Source: Chloroflexota bacterium (GTDB lineage: Bacteria > Chloroflexota > Limnocylindria > Limnocylindrales > CSP1-4). Taken from it: DNA of 64,000 nt. The stretch covers positions 256,102 to 320,101 of the forward strand of contig JAZJZX010000002.1 of the NCBI GenBank assembly GCA_040389445.1, given 5' to 3'. Made by a program: the position numbers and the translations under genes. The notes beneath the pieces were generated by a model. It searched no databases, was not told the origin of the DNA, and saw only the letters and a program-made list of their open reading frames with translations. Positions 38,950 to 48,586 of the stretch are shown piece by piece (the first letter of the stretch is position 1; the number at the start of each line of letters is the position of its first letter).

Positions 38950-39531
38950 TCAGACGCGGGCGAGGAACGTGAGGACTCGATCCGTCGCCAGGGCGGTGGC
39001 CACCGGGTCGTACGAGGGGAGCGAGCTGTCCGCGAAGTAGTGCTGGTCGCCGGGGTAGAGGAAGAGCTCCGCGTCCGGCACGGTCGCCACGATCTCGCGG
39101 GCGGCGTCGACATCGCCCTCGTCCATGAAGTACGGGTCGGCGTCCGCGCCGTGGATCTGGACGGGAACACCATCCGGCCACGGGCCGAAGGCCCACTCGC
39201 CGGTGATCGGGAGGCAGGAGTAGAAGAGGAGCGCCCCTCGGGCGCCGGGCCGGGACTGCGCGAGTTGCTGGGCGATGGTCACGCCGAACGAGAACCCGCC
39301 GTAGACGAGGCCGGCCGGATAGTCGTCCGCGACGCGGACGCCTCGCGCCCGAAGCGCGTCGAAGCCCACTGAGCTGACATGGGCCATCCCGGCCTCGATG
39401 GTCTCGAACGTCCGGCCATCGAACAGGTCCGGCGTGTGGACCGTATGTCCGGCGGCCCGCACGTCGTCGGCGAACGCGACGATCCCGGGAGTCAGCCCCT
39501 GGGCGTGGTGGAAGAGCAGGACCTCGGCCAT
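38950..39531 (-). CDS. dienelactone hydrolase family alpha/beta hydrolase
   Basis: DLH family pattern (…LLFHHAQGLTPGI…DAGHTVHTPDLFDG…GFSFG…HGADADPYF…), 193 aa. Confidence 0.7.
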   Translation of the reverse strand: MAEVLLFHHAQGLTPGIVAFADDVRAAGHTVHTPDLFDGRTFETIEAGMAHVSSVGFDALRARGVRVADDYPAGLVYGGFSFGVTIAQQLAQSRPGARGALLFYSCLPITGEWAFGPWPDGVPVQIHGADADPYFMDEGDVDAAREIVATVPDAELFLYPGDQHYFADSSLPSYDPVATALATDRVLTFLARV

Positions 39532-39721
39532 GGATGCCTCCGATGCGGGGGCATCAGGCTACCAAGCCGGCCGCGCTCTCGGCGCTCACGAAGGTCGCGG
39601 GTAGGTGGGCGGGCCCCACCAGCGCTCGAGCTTCCGGGGAGATAGTCGAGTCGTGCGAAGGCCGCTCGTCGTGTGCACAGGGCGGTCATGCTGAGCGCCC
39701 ACAGGAGCGAGGAGAGACTCG

Positions 39722-40102
39722 ATGTCGCAGTACATGCTGGCGGTCCACATGTCGGACGAGCCCCGCGAACCCATGACTCCCGAGGAGATGCAGGCCGGAT
39801 TTGCCATGATCGCGGTGCTCGAGGCCGAAATGCACGCCCAGAACGCGCTGCTCTTCAGCGGACGGCTGACCGAGCCGGCCCGAGCAAAGGTCGTCCGACC
39901 GCGTCGTCGCATGGGCAAGACGACCGACGGCCCGTACGCCGAGACGAAGGAGTACCTGGGAGGCTTCTACCTCATCGAGGCACCTGACCTGGATACCGCC
40001 CTCGCGTGGGCCCGGAAGGTCACCGACGCCATCGACACGCCGATCGAGGTCCGGCCGCTCATCGATGATCCGCGCCGGGCCTCGTCCACCGCCACGGCGT
40101 AG
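39722..40102 (+). CDS. YciI-like (YCII-related) protein
   Basis: MSQYMLAVHMSDE...DGPYAETKEYLGGFYLIEAPDLDTALAWARK pattern of the YCII family. Confidence 0.65.
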   Translation: MSQYMLAVHMSDEPREPMTPEEMQAGFAMIAVLEAEMHAQNALLFSGRLTEPARAKVVRPRRRMGKTTDGPYAETKEYLGGFYLIEAPDLDTALAWARKVTDAIDTPIEVRPLIDDPRRASSTATA

Positions 40103-40190
40103 ACGACGTTCCATCGGCGAAGCGCCGCTCTTCACGGCTCGTGGTCCGTCAAGGCCACGGGCCGCGCCGTCACTGGTATCGTCGTGGGTG

Positions 40191-41207
40191 ATGGGACTCG
40201 GCTTCGGACTTCTCAGCGCGCAGCTCCGGCCGGGCGAAACCGATTGGACCCGCGCCTACGACGAGGCCATCCGGCTCGCGGTGGCAGCGGAGCGCCTCGG
40301 CTTCGCCTCCGTCTGGACCACCGAACATCACTTCGTGGACGACGGCTACATGCCGTCGCTCCTCGTCGTCAGCGCGGCCATCGCTCAGGCGACGTCGAGG
40401 ATCGAGATCGGGACGGGCGTCATCCTCGCACCGCTCTACCACCCGCTCCGGCTGGCGGAGGATGCAGCAACGGTCCAGCTGCTCAGCCACGGCAGGCTGA
40501 TCCTGGGCCTCGGGCTCGGGTGGTCGGAGGTCGAATTCACGGGGCTCGGGGCGGACGCGCGCCGCCGAGGCGCGGCGATGGACGAGATCCTCCGGATCCT
40601 CCCGCAGGCCTGGAGCGGCGAGCCGTTCACCCACCAGGGGGACGTCTTCGACCTGCCGACGCTCGCCGTCCGGCCCCGGCCGGCGACGCCCATCCCGGTG
40701 CTCGTGGGTGGCAGCGCGGAGCCCGCGATCCGCCGCGCCGCGCGCCTCGCCGACGGGATCTTCGCCAACGCCACGGCCGAGAAGTTCGTCGAGCAGGTCC
40801 GCTGGGTCCTCGACGAATGCGAGCACATCGGCCGCGACCCCTCGACGTTTCGGTTCATCCACTACTCGACACTCCTGCCGGACTCGTCCCGCGAGGCCGC
40901 CCTCGCGCGCTACCGCGACGCGTTCTGGGCGATGCAGTGGAAGTACTCGGACATGGAGGCCTCGGCCACGCGATCGCTCCCGCCGCCGCCCGCGCCGACG
41001 TTCAACCGCCCGGACGACGCGCTCATCAAGGGCCGCGCTGCCTACGCCGGGACCACCGACGAGCTCGTCGAGAGCCTCGTCGAGATTCGGGACCGGGCCG
41101 GGGTGCCTGTCGAGTTCGTTGCACGGAGCCACCTGCCGCTCCTCCAGTACAACGCCCAGGTCGAGCTCATGGAGCAGCTCGCAGAAGGCGTAGCGCCCCA
41201 CCTGTGA
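40191..41207 (+). CDS. LLM-class (luciferase-like) flavin/F420-dependent oxidoreductase
   Basis: LLM family TIM-barrel pattern (…GFASVWTTEHHF…LILGLGLGW…EVEFTGLG…). Confidence 0.8.
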   Translation: MGLGFGLLSAQLRPGETDWTRAYDEAIRLAVAAERLGFASVWTTEHHFVDDGYMPSLLVVSAAIAQATSRIEIGTGVILAPLYHPLRLAEDAATVQLLSHGRLILGLGLGWSEVEFTGLGADARRRGAAMDEILRILPQAWSGEPFTHQGDVFDLPTLAVRPRPATPIPVLVGGSAEPAIRRAARLADGIFANATAEKFVEQVRWVLDECEHIGRDPSTFRFIHYSTLLPDSSREAALARYRDAFWAMQWKYSDMEASATRSLPPPPAPTFNRPDDALIKGRAAYAGTTDELVESLVEIRDRAGVPVEFVARSHLPLLQYNAQVELMEQLAEGVAPHL

Positions 41208-41218
41208 CGGAGGCCTCG

Positions 41219-41641
41219 ATGACCGAAACGGAGCGAATCGTCCGCATCTTCCACGAATCCTGGGACCTGCGCGATCCGGAACGCGGGGCCGCCGTCATTG
41301 CCGATGACTGCCGCTTCGAGGATGTCGCGCGGGGCGAGATGTTGCCCGGGCCAGAGGCCTACAAGCGCGACTACCACCGCTGGCGTGATGCCTTTCCCGA
41401 CGGGGAGTGCAAGGTCGTCAACGTGATCGTGCAGGACGACTGGGCGGTCGTCGAATTCGTCAATCGCGGCACACATACGGGGCCGCTCCAGTCGAGCCTG
41501 GGGACGTTCCCACCGTCGGGGCGCCGATCAGAAGTCCGTTATTGCAGCGTCATGCGCGTCGCCGATGGGATGGTCGTCGAAGGGCGCGACTACTACGACT
41601 CGAGCACCATTGTCCGGCAGCTGGGCCTCCTTGGCGACTAG
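41219..41641 (+). CDS. SnoaL-like ester cyclase / NTF2-fold protein
   Basis: MTETERIVRIFHESWDLRDPERGAAVIADDCRFEDVARGE... typical SnoaL_2/ester-cyclase N-terminus. It is the C-terminal portion of a 485-aa track ORF whose N-terminal part is frame shadow over the LLM gene. Confidence 0.6.
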   Translation: MTETERIVRIFHESWDLRDPERGAAVIADDCRFEDVARGEMLPGPEAYKRDYHRWRDAFPDGECKVVNVIVQDDWAVVEFVNRGTHTGPLQSSLGTFPPSGRRSEVRYCSVMRVADGMVVEGRDYYDSSTIVRQLGLLGD

Positions 41642-41647
41642 CAGACG

Positions 41648-41751
41648 ATGGCCGGGCTGACCTGCACGGCGATCACATCGCTCGATGGGTACATCGCCGA
41701 TCCACAGGGCGGCTATGCGTGGGCGGACCTGATCCGATGGCGACGAACGTG
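41648..41751 (+). pseudogene. 34-aa N-terminal remnant of a RibD_C/DHFR-like (bifunctional deaminase-reductase C-terminal domain) gene
   Basis: MAGLTCTAITSLDGYIADPQGGYAWADLIRW matches the invariant N-terminus of the RibD_C family, then runs into a stop; overlapped by the start of the next gene. Confidence 0.35.
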
Positions 41752-42702
41752 ATCGACTGGCTGCTCGACGCCGATCCCTCGATCCGCTGGCAGGTCATGC
41801 GCGACCTGACGCACGCGCCGGCAGACGTCATCGCCGACGAGCGGTCGAGGATCGCGACCGAGGGCTGGGGTGCCCGGCTGCTCGCGCTCCAGGGGCCGGA
41901 CGGGCTGTGGGCCGGCACGGCCTGGTCGCACGACTGGACGGACTCGTTCCACGTGCTCGAGCTGCTCCGGCGGTTCGGCCTCGACCCTGCGAGTGAACAG
42001 GCCCGGCGGGCAGTCGGCCTCGTGCGGGAACACGTGACCTGGGGCGACGGGGCCGGCTGGGACAACCCATGGAACTCCCACCGCTTCTTCGAGGGCGAGG
42101 TCGAGCCCTGCATCAACGGCAACGTCGTCGCGACCGGCGCCTACTTCGGCGTGGACATGATGCCGCTCGTCGAGCGGCTCCTCGGCGAGCAGCTGCCGGA
42201 TGGGGGCTGGAACTGCGAGGTCGAAAACGGCGCGATCGTGTCGTCGTTCGGGACGACGATCAACGTCCTCGAGGGCCTGCTCGAACACGAACGGGCGATC
42301 GGCGGCTCATCCAGGGTAGGGGATGCCCGTCGGCGCGGCGAGGAGTACCTGCTCGAGCGCCGCCTCTTCCGCCGAAAGTCGACCGGCGAGGTCATCGACT
42401 CGGCCTGGCTTCAGTTCTCCTTCCCGCACTGGTACCACTACGACGTCCTGCGGGCGCTCGACTACCTGCGCGACGCCGGCCACGACCGGGCCGACGAGCG
42501 GCTCAGCGAGGCGCTCGCGGTGGTGGACGATCATCGTGACCCCGACGGCCGGTGGCCGCTCCAGAACGTCTACGAGGGCGAGGCCCACATCCAGATGGAA
42601 GGCGCCGAGGGCACCCCGAGCCGCTGGAACACGCTCCGGGCGATGCGCGTACTCGAGTGGGCAAAGGGACGCGGGGCGGCGCGGGGACCGTCGATCGGGT
42701 GA
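41737..42702 (+). CDS. prenyltransferase / squalene-cyclase-like alpha-alpha toroid repeat protein
   Basis: Repeated …QGPDGLW…, …LPDGGWNCE…, …DPDGRWPL… motifs typical of terpenoid cyclase / protein prenyltransferase beta-subunit repeats. Confidence 0.5.
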   Translation: MATNVIDWLLDADPSIRWQVMRDLTHAPADVIADERSRIATEGWGARLLALQGPDGLWAGTAWSHDWTDSFHVLELLRRFGLDPASEQARRAVGLVREHVTWGDGAGWDNPWNSHRFFEGEVEPCINGNVVATGAYFGVDMMPLVERLLGEQLPDGGWNCEVENGAIVSSFGTTINVLEGLLEHERAIGGSSRVGDARRRGEEYLLERRLFRRKSTGEVIDSAWLQFSFPHWYHYDVLRALDYLRDAGHDRADERLSEALAVVDDHRDPDGRWPLQNVYEGEAHIQMEGAEGTPSRWNTLRAMRVLEWAKGRGAARGPSIG

Positions 42703-42912
42703 CCGCGCCGGGCCTCGGAGTCGGGTCTGACCGACTGACGACGATCCTTGCATCAGGAGTCCGGAAGGGTGTGCGAGCCAGGAGGTATTGTCCGGCCTGC
42801 CGTGCGCAGCGAGCGACGAAATCGTGACCCGGCGCCTTCGACGAGTACCTCACGGTGCGCCCTGCTCGCCACTCGGTCAAACGAGTCGGGGCGCTGGAGC
42901 AGCGATCGGGGG

Positions 42913-43524
42913 TCAATCGAGGTCGGTGGTCGACCGGCGATTGGGGACCGGACCACGGCGCAGCGCCACGGCCATCAGCCACACGCTCGTCGTCGTGATA
43001 CCGAGGCGCTGATAGAGCCCGGAGGCGGTTTCGCCGAGCGATGACCACAGGAAGACGGCTGTGGCAAGCGCAACAACGATGGCCAGAATTCCCGCGACCT
43101 TGAACCCGCCGCTGCGCAGGTGGCGTGCCGCGAGCCCGCCGACGGAAATGAGCGCCGCGTAGAACAGGACGGCAAATCCGCCGTGCACGAAGCCCTGGTC
43201 CGGGACGCTGCCGTCGGGGGTCGCGATGATGGCGGCGAGGGAGATCGCGGCCAGGCCCAGTCCGTAGGCGGCACCCAGACCGAGGATGGATCGCAGCGGG
43301 AAGGCCGACGCAGCAATGCCGGCTGCCATCGCGACCTGGCCGATCGTCATGACAAGGCGGCTCGGGGCATTGACGGCGGCCAGGCTGCTGATGTGGGTAT
43401 TGGCCAGGGTAGCGCCGGGGTACAGGAAGCCGCCGATCAACCACCCGATGATGAATAGTCCGGGGCCCCAGATCGCCCCGGTCAGGAGGATTGCGTCGCG
43501 GTTGGATCGAACAGAAGACGACAT
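42913..43524 (-). CDS. DUF998-like integral membrane protein
   Basis: About 6 predicted TM helices, Gly/Ala-rich; start at ATG 43524 (the track ORF extends upstream). Confidence 0.5.
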   Translation of the reverse strand: MSSSVRSNRDAILLTGAIWGPGLFIIGWLIGGFLYPGATLANTHISSLAAVNAPSRLVMTIGQVAMAAGIAASAFPLRSILGLGAAYGLGLAAISLAAIIATPDGSVPDQGFVHGGFAVLFYAALISVGGLAARHLRSGGFKVAGILAIVVALATAVFLWSSLGETASGLYQRLGITTTSVWLMAVALRRGPVPNRRSTTDLD

Positions 43525-43730
43525 GGGCCCACTATATCGCGTCACGCTATAGTGGGAAGCGGTGATATTCCGTACAAGAGAACGCAAATGGTTCGTCTGG
43601 GCTTCCTCCTCGCCATCGTGGCCGGTCCGAACCTGGCGCTCCGGCCGATCGGATGGCTGGGTATCGTGATCGGCATCTACGGCCTGCAGGCGGCAGGCGG
43701 CGAGACGCGACAAACGGGAGAGCGATCGAC

Positions 43731-44381
43731 ATGACCAGCGAGAGGTTCTACAAGTGGAGCACCTACGCGCTGATCGCGTGGGCGTCGCATTGGCTCGTCC
43801 GGGACTTCATCTTTGCCTTCACCCACGGGACGCAGGAAGCGGCCATGAACCGCAGCCTGCTGGGACTCAACATCACCCAGTACGGGAGCCTCTGGACGGC
43901 GGTCTCGGCGCTCGGCCTCATCGGGGTGGCCGGGGTCTACGTCGAGGCTGCGCCCCGGCTGGGCAGGCTTGGCACGGTGGGCTTCGTCGTTTCGGCCCTT
44001 GGCTTTGCCATGTCGTTCGTGGCGCACGTCATGCAGAACTGGATCCTCAACCCCAATGTGTACTTTCACTCGCCCGTGGTCTATGGCGGCTGGCTCCTGT
44101 CAATCGCCGCCGTGTTCGTCATGACCGCAGGATTGATCGTCGCGGGGATCGGTGTCATGCGCTCCAACGCGCTGCCGCGCGAAAGGTCCCTGCTCCTGAT
44201 CATCGGCCTCATCTCATTGCCGACAGCCCTGCTCCACCCCCTCGTCGTCGGTGGGTCCGACGGTTCACTCGCCACCGAACTGGTCTACGGAAGCCTCTCC
44301 GTGCCGTATGGGTTGTGCTGGCTCAGGATGGGACTCCTCCGACTCGCCGCCGCCCGCGGGACGCCCGCATCACGCTGGTGA
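43731..44381 (+). CDS. integral membrane protein (unknown family), possibly preceded by a 48-60-aa hydrophobic peptide ORF at 43552-43734
   Basis: Multiple hydrophobic helices; start/stop overlap (ATGA-like) with the small upstream ORF. Confidence 0.5.
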   Translation: MTSERFYKWSTYALIAWASHWLVRDFIFAFTHGTQEAAMNRSLLGLNITQYGSLWTAVSALGLIGVAGVYVEAAPRLGRLGTVGFVVSALGFAMSFVAHVMQNWILNPNVYFHSPVVYGGWLLSIAAVFVMTAGLIVAGIGVMRSNALPRERSLLLIIGLISLPTALLHPLVVGGSDGSLATELVYGSLSVPYGLCWLRMGLLRLAAARGTPASRW

Positions 44382-44448
44382 GCGGACCCGACGGGGATCG
44401 AGTCGCGAGCGCCACGCAACGGCACCACGAAGGTGGCGGCGGCCCTCG

Positions 44449-45588
44449 TCACGATCCGATGATCCGGACCGCAGCCCCCTTCAGGCCCTGCCACCAGCGG
44501 GCGTAGCGGCCGTAGACGAGCGGCTCGCGATGAGCGAGGAACGCCCGCAGGGCCCGCGCCTCGGCATCCAGGCCGGCCCACACGTCATCGGCCAGCGGAT
44601 GGAACGCCGTTGCCTCGATTCCATGTTCGAGTGGGCGCCATACGCCGGCCACGTACCCATCCACCAGGAGCGTCGGCAGCGCGTCGCCGTTGCCCTGGAT
44701 CACGAGCCGGCGATAGGCCTCGGGGATGATCCGGCTCCGATCTCGATACGCCAGCAGGATGCTGTCCCACATCGGTAGCAGGCGCGGTGGTGCGGCGGTG
44801 GCAGCGTCGGGCAGGGGAGCGCCGGACACGTCATACCAGGGCGTTCGGCCCGGTCCGTCCAGCGTTACGAGTTCGTCACCGAGCCCCTCGATCCCTCCGC
44901 GGACAACGCCCGCGTAGAGCATCCCGAATTGGGCGATGTCCTGGGCCGTCGCGGGTCCGAAGGCCTCGAGGTATCGGCGCACGAGCACGGCCGCCGCAGC
45001 TATCTCCGTCGGGCGCGACTCGCGGAGTGCAGCCGGTGCGCCGATATACGCCGGACGCGAGCCGAATCCCCAGGGCCCGCCCGTCGGTACATGAATGAAC
45101 GGCCCGTACTGGCGCATGGCCCACCAGACGCCAGGCCTCGGCGTCTGGCCGATCCGCTCGTCGAGCCATGCCTCGGCTTCGGCATTCGAGCGCGGCGAGC
45201 GGAGATGCTCGAGGACCTCGGGCATCAGCGCCCCAGCGTCGTCGAGCGTGAGCCCGGTGCGTCGGAACCGCTGGTCGTAGAGGCGGGCACCCCGGAGGGT
45301 GACCTGCATCGCCTCGTGCAGCGCCGGGTAATCCTCAGCCGCCACGGCGTGGAGGGTCACCCGCATGAGCGTCGCCTTTACGACGGTCTGATCGGCAAAG
45401 GCCCGATCGAGGTCGGCCGGATCGAACCCTTCAACTCGGTTCCACAAGGCGAGATAGGGCGAAGCCGGCTCCTGGGCCTGCAGGGCCGTCACGCGCCGGA
45501 CCGCCTCGACGACGCTCATCGGCTCGCGGCGAAGCAGGCCCTGGCGGGCAAGTGTCGCTCGATTGAGCCCGCGGGCGGTCAATGGCAT
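44449..45588 (-). CDS. winged-helix DNA-binding domain protein, YcaQ/AlkZ-like (crosslink-repair DNA glycosylase family)
   Basis: N-terminal …ARQGLL… and overall YcaQ/DUF1006 pattern (…VKATLMRVTLH…); 379 aa. Confidence 0.7.
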   Translation of the reverse strand: MPLTARGLNRATLARQGLLRREPMSVVEAVRRVTALQAQEPASPYLALWNRVEGFDPADLDRAFADQTVVKATLMRVTLHAVAAEDYPALHEAMQVTLRGARLYDQRFRRTGLTLDDAGALMPEVLEHLRSPRSNAEAEAWLDERIGQTPRPGVWWAMRQYGPFIHVPTGGPWGFGSRPAYIGAPAALRESRPTEIAAAAVLVRRYLEAFGPATAQDIAQFGMLYAGVVRGGIEGLGDELVTLDGPGRTPWYDVSGAPLPDAATAAPPRLLPMWDSILLAYRDRSRIIPEAYRRLVIQGNGDALPTLLVDGYVAGVWRPLEHGIEATAFHPLADDVWAGLDAEARALRAFLAHREPLVYGRYARWWQGLKGAAVRIIGS

Positions 45589-45812
45589 TCGCCGATGCTA
45601 CTGGGCCGGGAAGGTGCGTGGCGCCGACGAAGGTCGTCGAGCCCTGATTAGGCAGCCCGCGACCATGAAGGGCATTGCCGAGGCCGACCATCGGCGGCGA
45701 GTCGCTCGGTCGGCAGGTCGAACGGACGGCCGATTGGGCCCTTCGGCCCTCGAATTGCCGAAGCGACAAGGCCACGATGTACTCGAACCACCGCACCGGT
45801 TGGGGGAACACA

Positions 45813-46619
45813 ATGAAGCTCGCAGCCAAGGTCATCATCGTGACCGGCGCCGGAAGCGGCATCGGTCGAGAAGTCGCCCTGGAGGCGGTCCGGCGAGGCG
45901 CCGCGGTCGCCGCCGTTGATCTGAACCCCAGGACGCTCGAGGAAACGGCCGCGCTCGCTGGAGCCCAGGCGCGAATTTCGAGCCATGTCCTCGACATCAC
46001 GGATCGGGCCGCGGTTCAGGCCCTGCCGGACACGGTCATCGAACGACTCGGGGCAGTCGATGGGATCGTGCATTGCGCAGGCATCATCCAGCCCTTCGTG
46101 CGGCTAAAGGACCTCGATGACGCAGCGATCGACCGGGTCTTCGCGGTGAATTGGCTTGGCACGCTGTACCTGACCCGGACCTTGCTGCCCATCCTCCTGG
46201 CGCGTCCCGAGGGTCACATCGTCAACATTTCGAGCATGGGCGGGTTCCTGCCGGTGCCCGGGCAGACGATCTACGGGGCTTCGAAGGCCGCGGTCAAGCT
46301 CCTGACCGAGGGCCTGCATTCCGAGTGCGCCGGCACGAACGTGCGCGTCACCGTCGTCTTTCCGGGTGCGGTGGCCACGAACATCACGACGAACTCGGGC
46401 GTGGCCATCCCGAATCTGGGAGCGGACGCCGAGAAGATGGCCGGACGCGCGATGGCGGCGGACAAGGCGGCACGGATCATCCTCGACGGCATGGAGAAGG
46501 ATGCGTACCGGGTCATGGTCGGCAGCGACGCCAAGCTCATGGACCGCCTCTATCGACTCTCACCGCGCCGCGCAGCAGGCTTCATCGCCAACCAGATGAA
46601 GGCGCTCCTGGCGACCTGA
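45813..46619 (+). CDS. SDR-family short-chain dehydrogenase/reductase
   Basis: TGAGSGIG Rossmann motif; catalytic S...YGASK. Confidence 0.85.
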   Translation: MKLAAKVIIVTGAGSGIGREVALEAVRRGAAVAAVDLNPRTLEETAALAGAQARISSHVLDITDRAAVQALPDTVIERLGAVDGIVHCAGIIQPFVRLKDLDDAAIDRVFAVNWLGTLYLTRTLLPILLARPEGHIVNISSMGGFLPVPGQTIYGASKAAVKLLTEGLHSECAGTNVRVTVVFPGAVATNITTNSGVAIPNLGADAEKMAGRAMAADKAARIILDGMEKDAYRVMVGSDAKLMDRLYRLSPRRAAGFIANQMKALLAT

Positions 46620-46643
46620 TCTGCGGGGCTTCGATCTCGCAGA

Positions 46644-46919
46644 TCAGGGCTCTAACCGGAAGGTCGCCGCGACGGGTTCGCCCAACGCGAGCGCGCCATC
46701 GAAGTCGGCAACGTATGCGTGGATACCGATGACGAGGATGCCGCCACCCGGAAAGTCGAGGATCCGATATCGGGTCGAGAATTCTGGATCCAGCCTGAAA
46801 TCCCCGGCCTGCCCGAAGAACAGTGGCGTCTCGCCGATACCCCGCAGGCGGCAAGTAGTGAATGGGCCGAACGCCGGTATGTGACCATGAAGGGCACCCG
46901 CGTGGGTGACCAGCAGTCA
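46644..46919 (-). pseudogene. C-terminal remnant of a YfcE/MJ0936-like metallophosphoesterase (no start codon, 91 codons)
   Basis: LLVTHAGALHGHIPAF...TRYRILDFPGGGILVIGIHAY resembles the MPP C-terminal GHTH...NPGS region. The ORF has no ATG/GTG/TTG and begins right after a stop. Confidence 0.25.
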
Positions 46920-46935
46920 GGCTCCGGAGGCTCCG

Positions 46936-47373
46936 ATGGCAAACCTCGTCGTCCACTTCGAGATCCACGCTTCCGAGCCAGAGGTGCTCATCGACTTCTA
47001 CTCGCAACTGCTTGGCTGGAAGTTCACCCAGTTTGGCGAGGTGCGGTACTGGACGATCGATACGGGCGAGGGGGCCATCGGCAACGTCGCCGGGACCGCC
47101 GGTCACGGCATCAACGGCGGCATGAACGAGCGTCGCAGTCCGAAGCCAGAGATCGGCGCTCCCGTCGTTGGCTGCAACTTCGTCGTGAGTGTCGATGACG
47201 TCGATGCCCTGATGCGCCGTGGCATCGAACTCGGCGCCGTCGAAGCGCTGCCAGCCATGGACATGGAGGGCGTCGGCCGCGTCGGCTACCTGCTCGATCC
47301 GGACCACAACGTGTTCGGCATGATCTCGGCCACCATGTCCGACGGCAGCACGGGTATGGGCACCGTCGCCTGA
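46936..47373 (+). CDS. VOC-family (glyoxalase/bleomycin-resistance/dioxygenase fold) protein
   Basis: VOC family pattern (MANLVVHFEIHASEPEVLIDFYSQLLGWKF ... DPDHNVFGM). Confidence 0.7.
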   Translation: MANLVVHFEIHASEPEVLIDFYSQLLGWKFTQFGEVRYWTIDTGEGAIGNVAGTAGHGINGGMNERRSPKPEIGAPVVGCNFVVSVDDVDALMRRGIELGAVEALPAMDMEGVGRVGYLLDPDHNVFGMISATMSDGSTGMGTVA

Positions 47374-47391
47374 GGAACGGGCACCGCGGAA

Positions 47392-47778
47392 TCAGACACG
47401 GATGACGGCGAGGCCCGGCAGTTCGACGTAGTCGTCGTCCTGGGTGACCACAGGGACGCCGTGGGCGATGGCCGTCGCCGCGATCCAGGAGTCGTTGACG
47501 GGCATCCGGAGACCTCGAGTTCGGAGTTCGACGCGCAGGCGCGCCCATGCGGCAGCGACGCTCTCATCGACGGGGATCGGGTCCAGCACGAGGGCGGCGG
47601 CCAGTGTCCCGAGCCGGCGGTCACGGGTCGCCACGTCGTGCGCGGCGAGGACGCCCGCCCGGAGCTCGCCAATCGTGATCACCGAAACAGCCAGGCGATC
47701 CGGCAGGGCTTCGATGCGCATTGGCCGCGCCGTCTCATGAGCGATGAACAGGCTGGTGTCTGCGATGGCGTCGGTCAT
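47392..47778 (-). CDS. vapC: PIN-domain toxin VapC
   Basis: PIN acidic residues (DTSLFIA ... D ... QDDDY); ATGA-coupled to the upstream antitoxin. Confidence 0.8.
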   Translation of the reverse strand: MTDAIADTSLFIAHETARPMRIEALPDRLAVSVITIGELRAGVLAAHDVATRDRRLGTLAAALVLDPIPVDESVAAAWARLRVELRTRGLRMPVNDSWIAATAIAHGVPVVTQDDDYVELPGLAVIRV

Positions 47779-48101
47779 CGGTCGGGCAGCTCGTCCGTGT
47801 AGTCCGGAGCGAGTTCGCGGAGCTCGGTCCGGAGTGCGGGATCGGCTTGGGCGTTCACGAACTGGCCCACGAACGCCTCGCGACTCACCCAGCGTGGGCG
47901 CACACTCAGCTCGTCGCGGCCGCCGACCGCGTGTTTGGGTCGGTCGTCGATGGAGGCCGGTACCTCGCGCGTTACATGTGCGGCCAGGACTTCCTCGATC
48001 CCGTCCCGAATGAGCCGAGCCTCACTCCGGCCCTGCTCGCGCGCGGCGGCGGCGAGGGCCGCTTTCTGCTCAGTCGTGAGGTAGACCGTGGTCTTTTCCA
48101 T
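47775..48101 (-). CDS. vapB: ribbon-helix-helix (CopG-like) antitoxin VapB with C-terminal extension
   Basis: N-terminal RHH (TTVYLTTEQKAALAAAAREQGRSEARLIRDGIEEVL); immediately upstream of and overlapping vapC. Confidence 0.65.
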   Translation of the reverse strand: MEKTTVYLTTEQKAALAAAAREQGRSEARLIRDGIEEVLAAHVTREVPASIDDRPKHAVGGRDELSVRPRWVSREAFVGQFVNAQADPALRTELRELAPDYTDELPDR

Positions 48102-48160
48102 GCCACCAGACTACCATACATGGGTGGCAGGCCCGGCGAACTCGGCCAACCCCAGGATCG

Positions 48161-48574
48161 ATGATGGATGATGGCGCGGTGACGAACGACTTGAGCGAAC
48201 AGACGGGCGGAGACACGCGAATCGATCGCTGGTTGTGCGCGGTGCGCCTCGTCAAGACCCGGCCCATTTCAACGCAGCTTTGTGAAGCCGGGCACGTCCG
48301 CGTCAACGGCAACCCGGCCAAGGCGTCAACCAGGGTTCGCGCCGGCGACGTGGTGCATGCGCTGATCGCCGAACGTGAGCGGATCGTCGAGGTCGTGCGG
48401 CCGATCGAAAACCGCGTCGGCGCGCCGGTCGCCGCCACGTGCTACATCGACTCCAGCCCGCCGCCGGTCATCCGGGAAGCCGACCCCGGGATCAAGGTGG
48501 TCCGTGGCGAGGGCCGGCCGAACAAACGTCTTCGCCGCGAGCTCGATCGGATCCGGCGGCCCGGACGCGGCTGA
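48161..48574 (+). CDS. S4-domain RNA-binding protein (Hsp15 / ribosome-associated heat-shock protein-like)
   Basis: RIDRWLCAVRLVKTRPISTQLCEAGHVRVNGNPAKASTRVRAGDVV S4 motif. Confidence 0.7.
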   Translation: MMDDGAVTNDLSEQTGGDTRIDRWLCAVRLVKTRPISTQLCEAGHVRVNGNPAKASTRVRAGDVVHALIAERERIVEVVRPIENRVGAPVAATCYIDSSPPPVIREADPGIKVVRGEGRPNKRLRRELDRIRRPGRG

Positions 48575-48586
48575 AGCGCAGCGTGG

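Noticed and set aside
40184-41641. 485-aa plus-strand ORF
   Set aside because: Its first two-thirds are an alternate frame over the LLM oxidoreductase gene. Only the C-terminal part from ATG 41219 (SnoaL-like protein) is credible.
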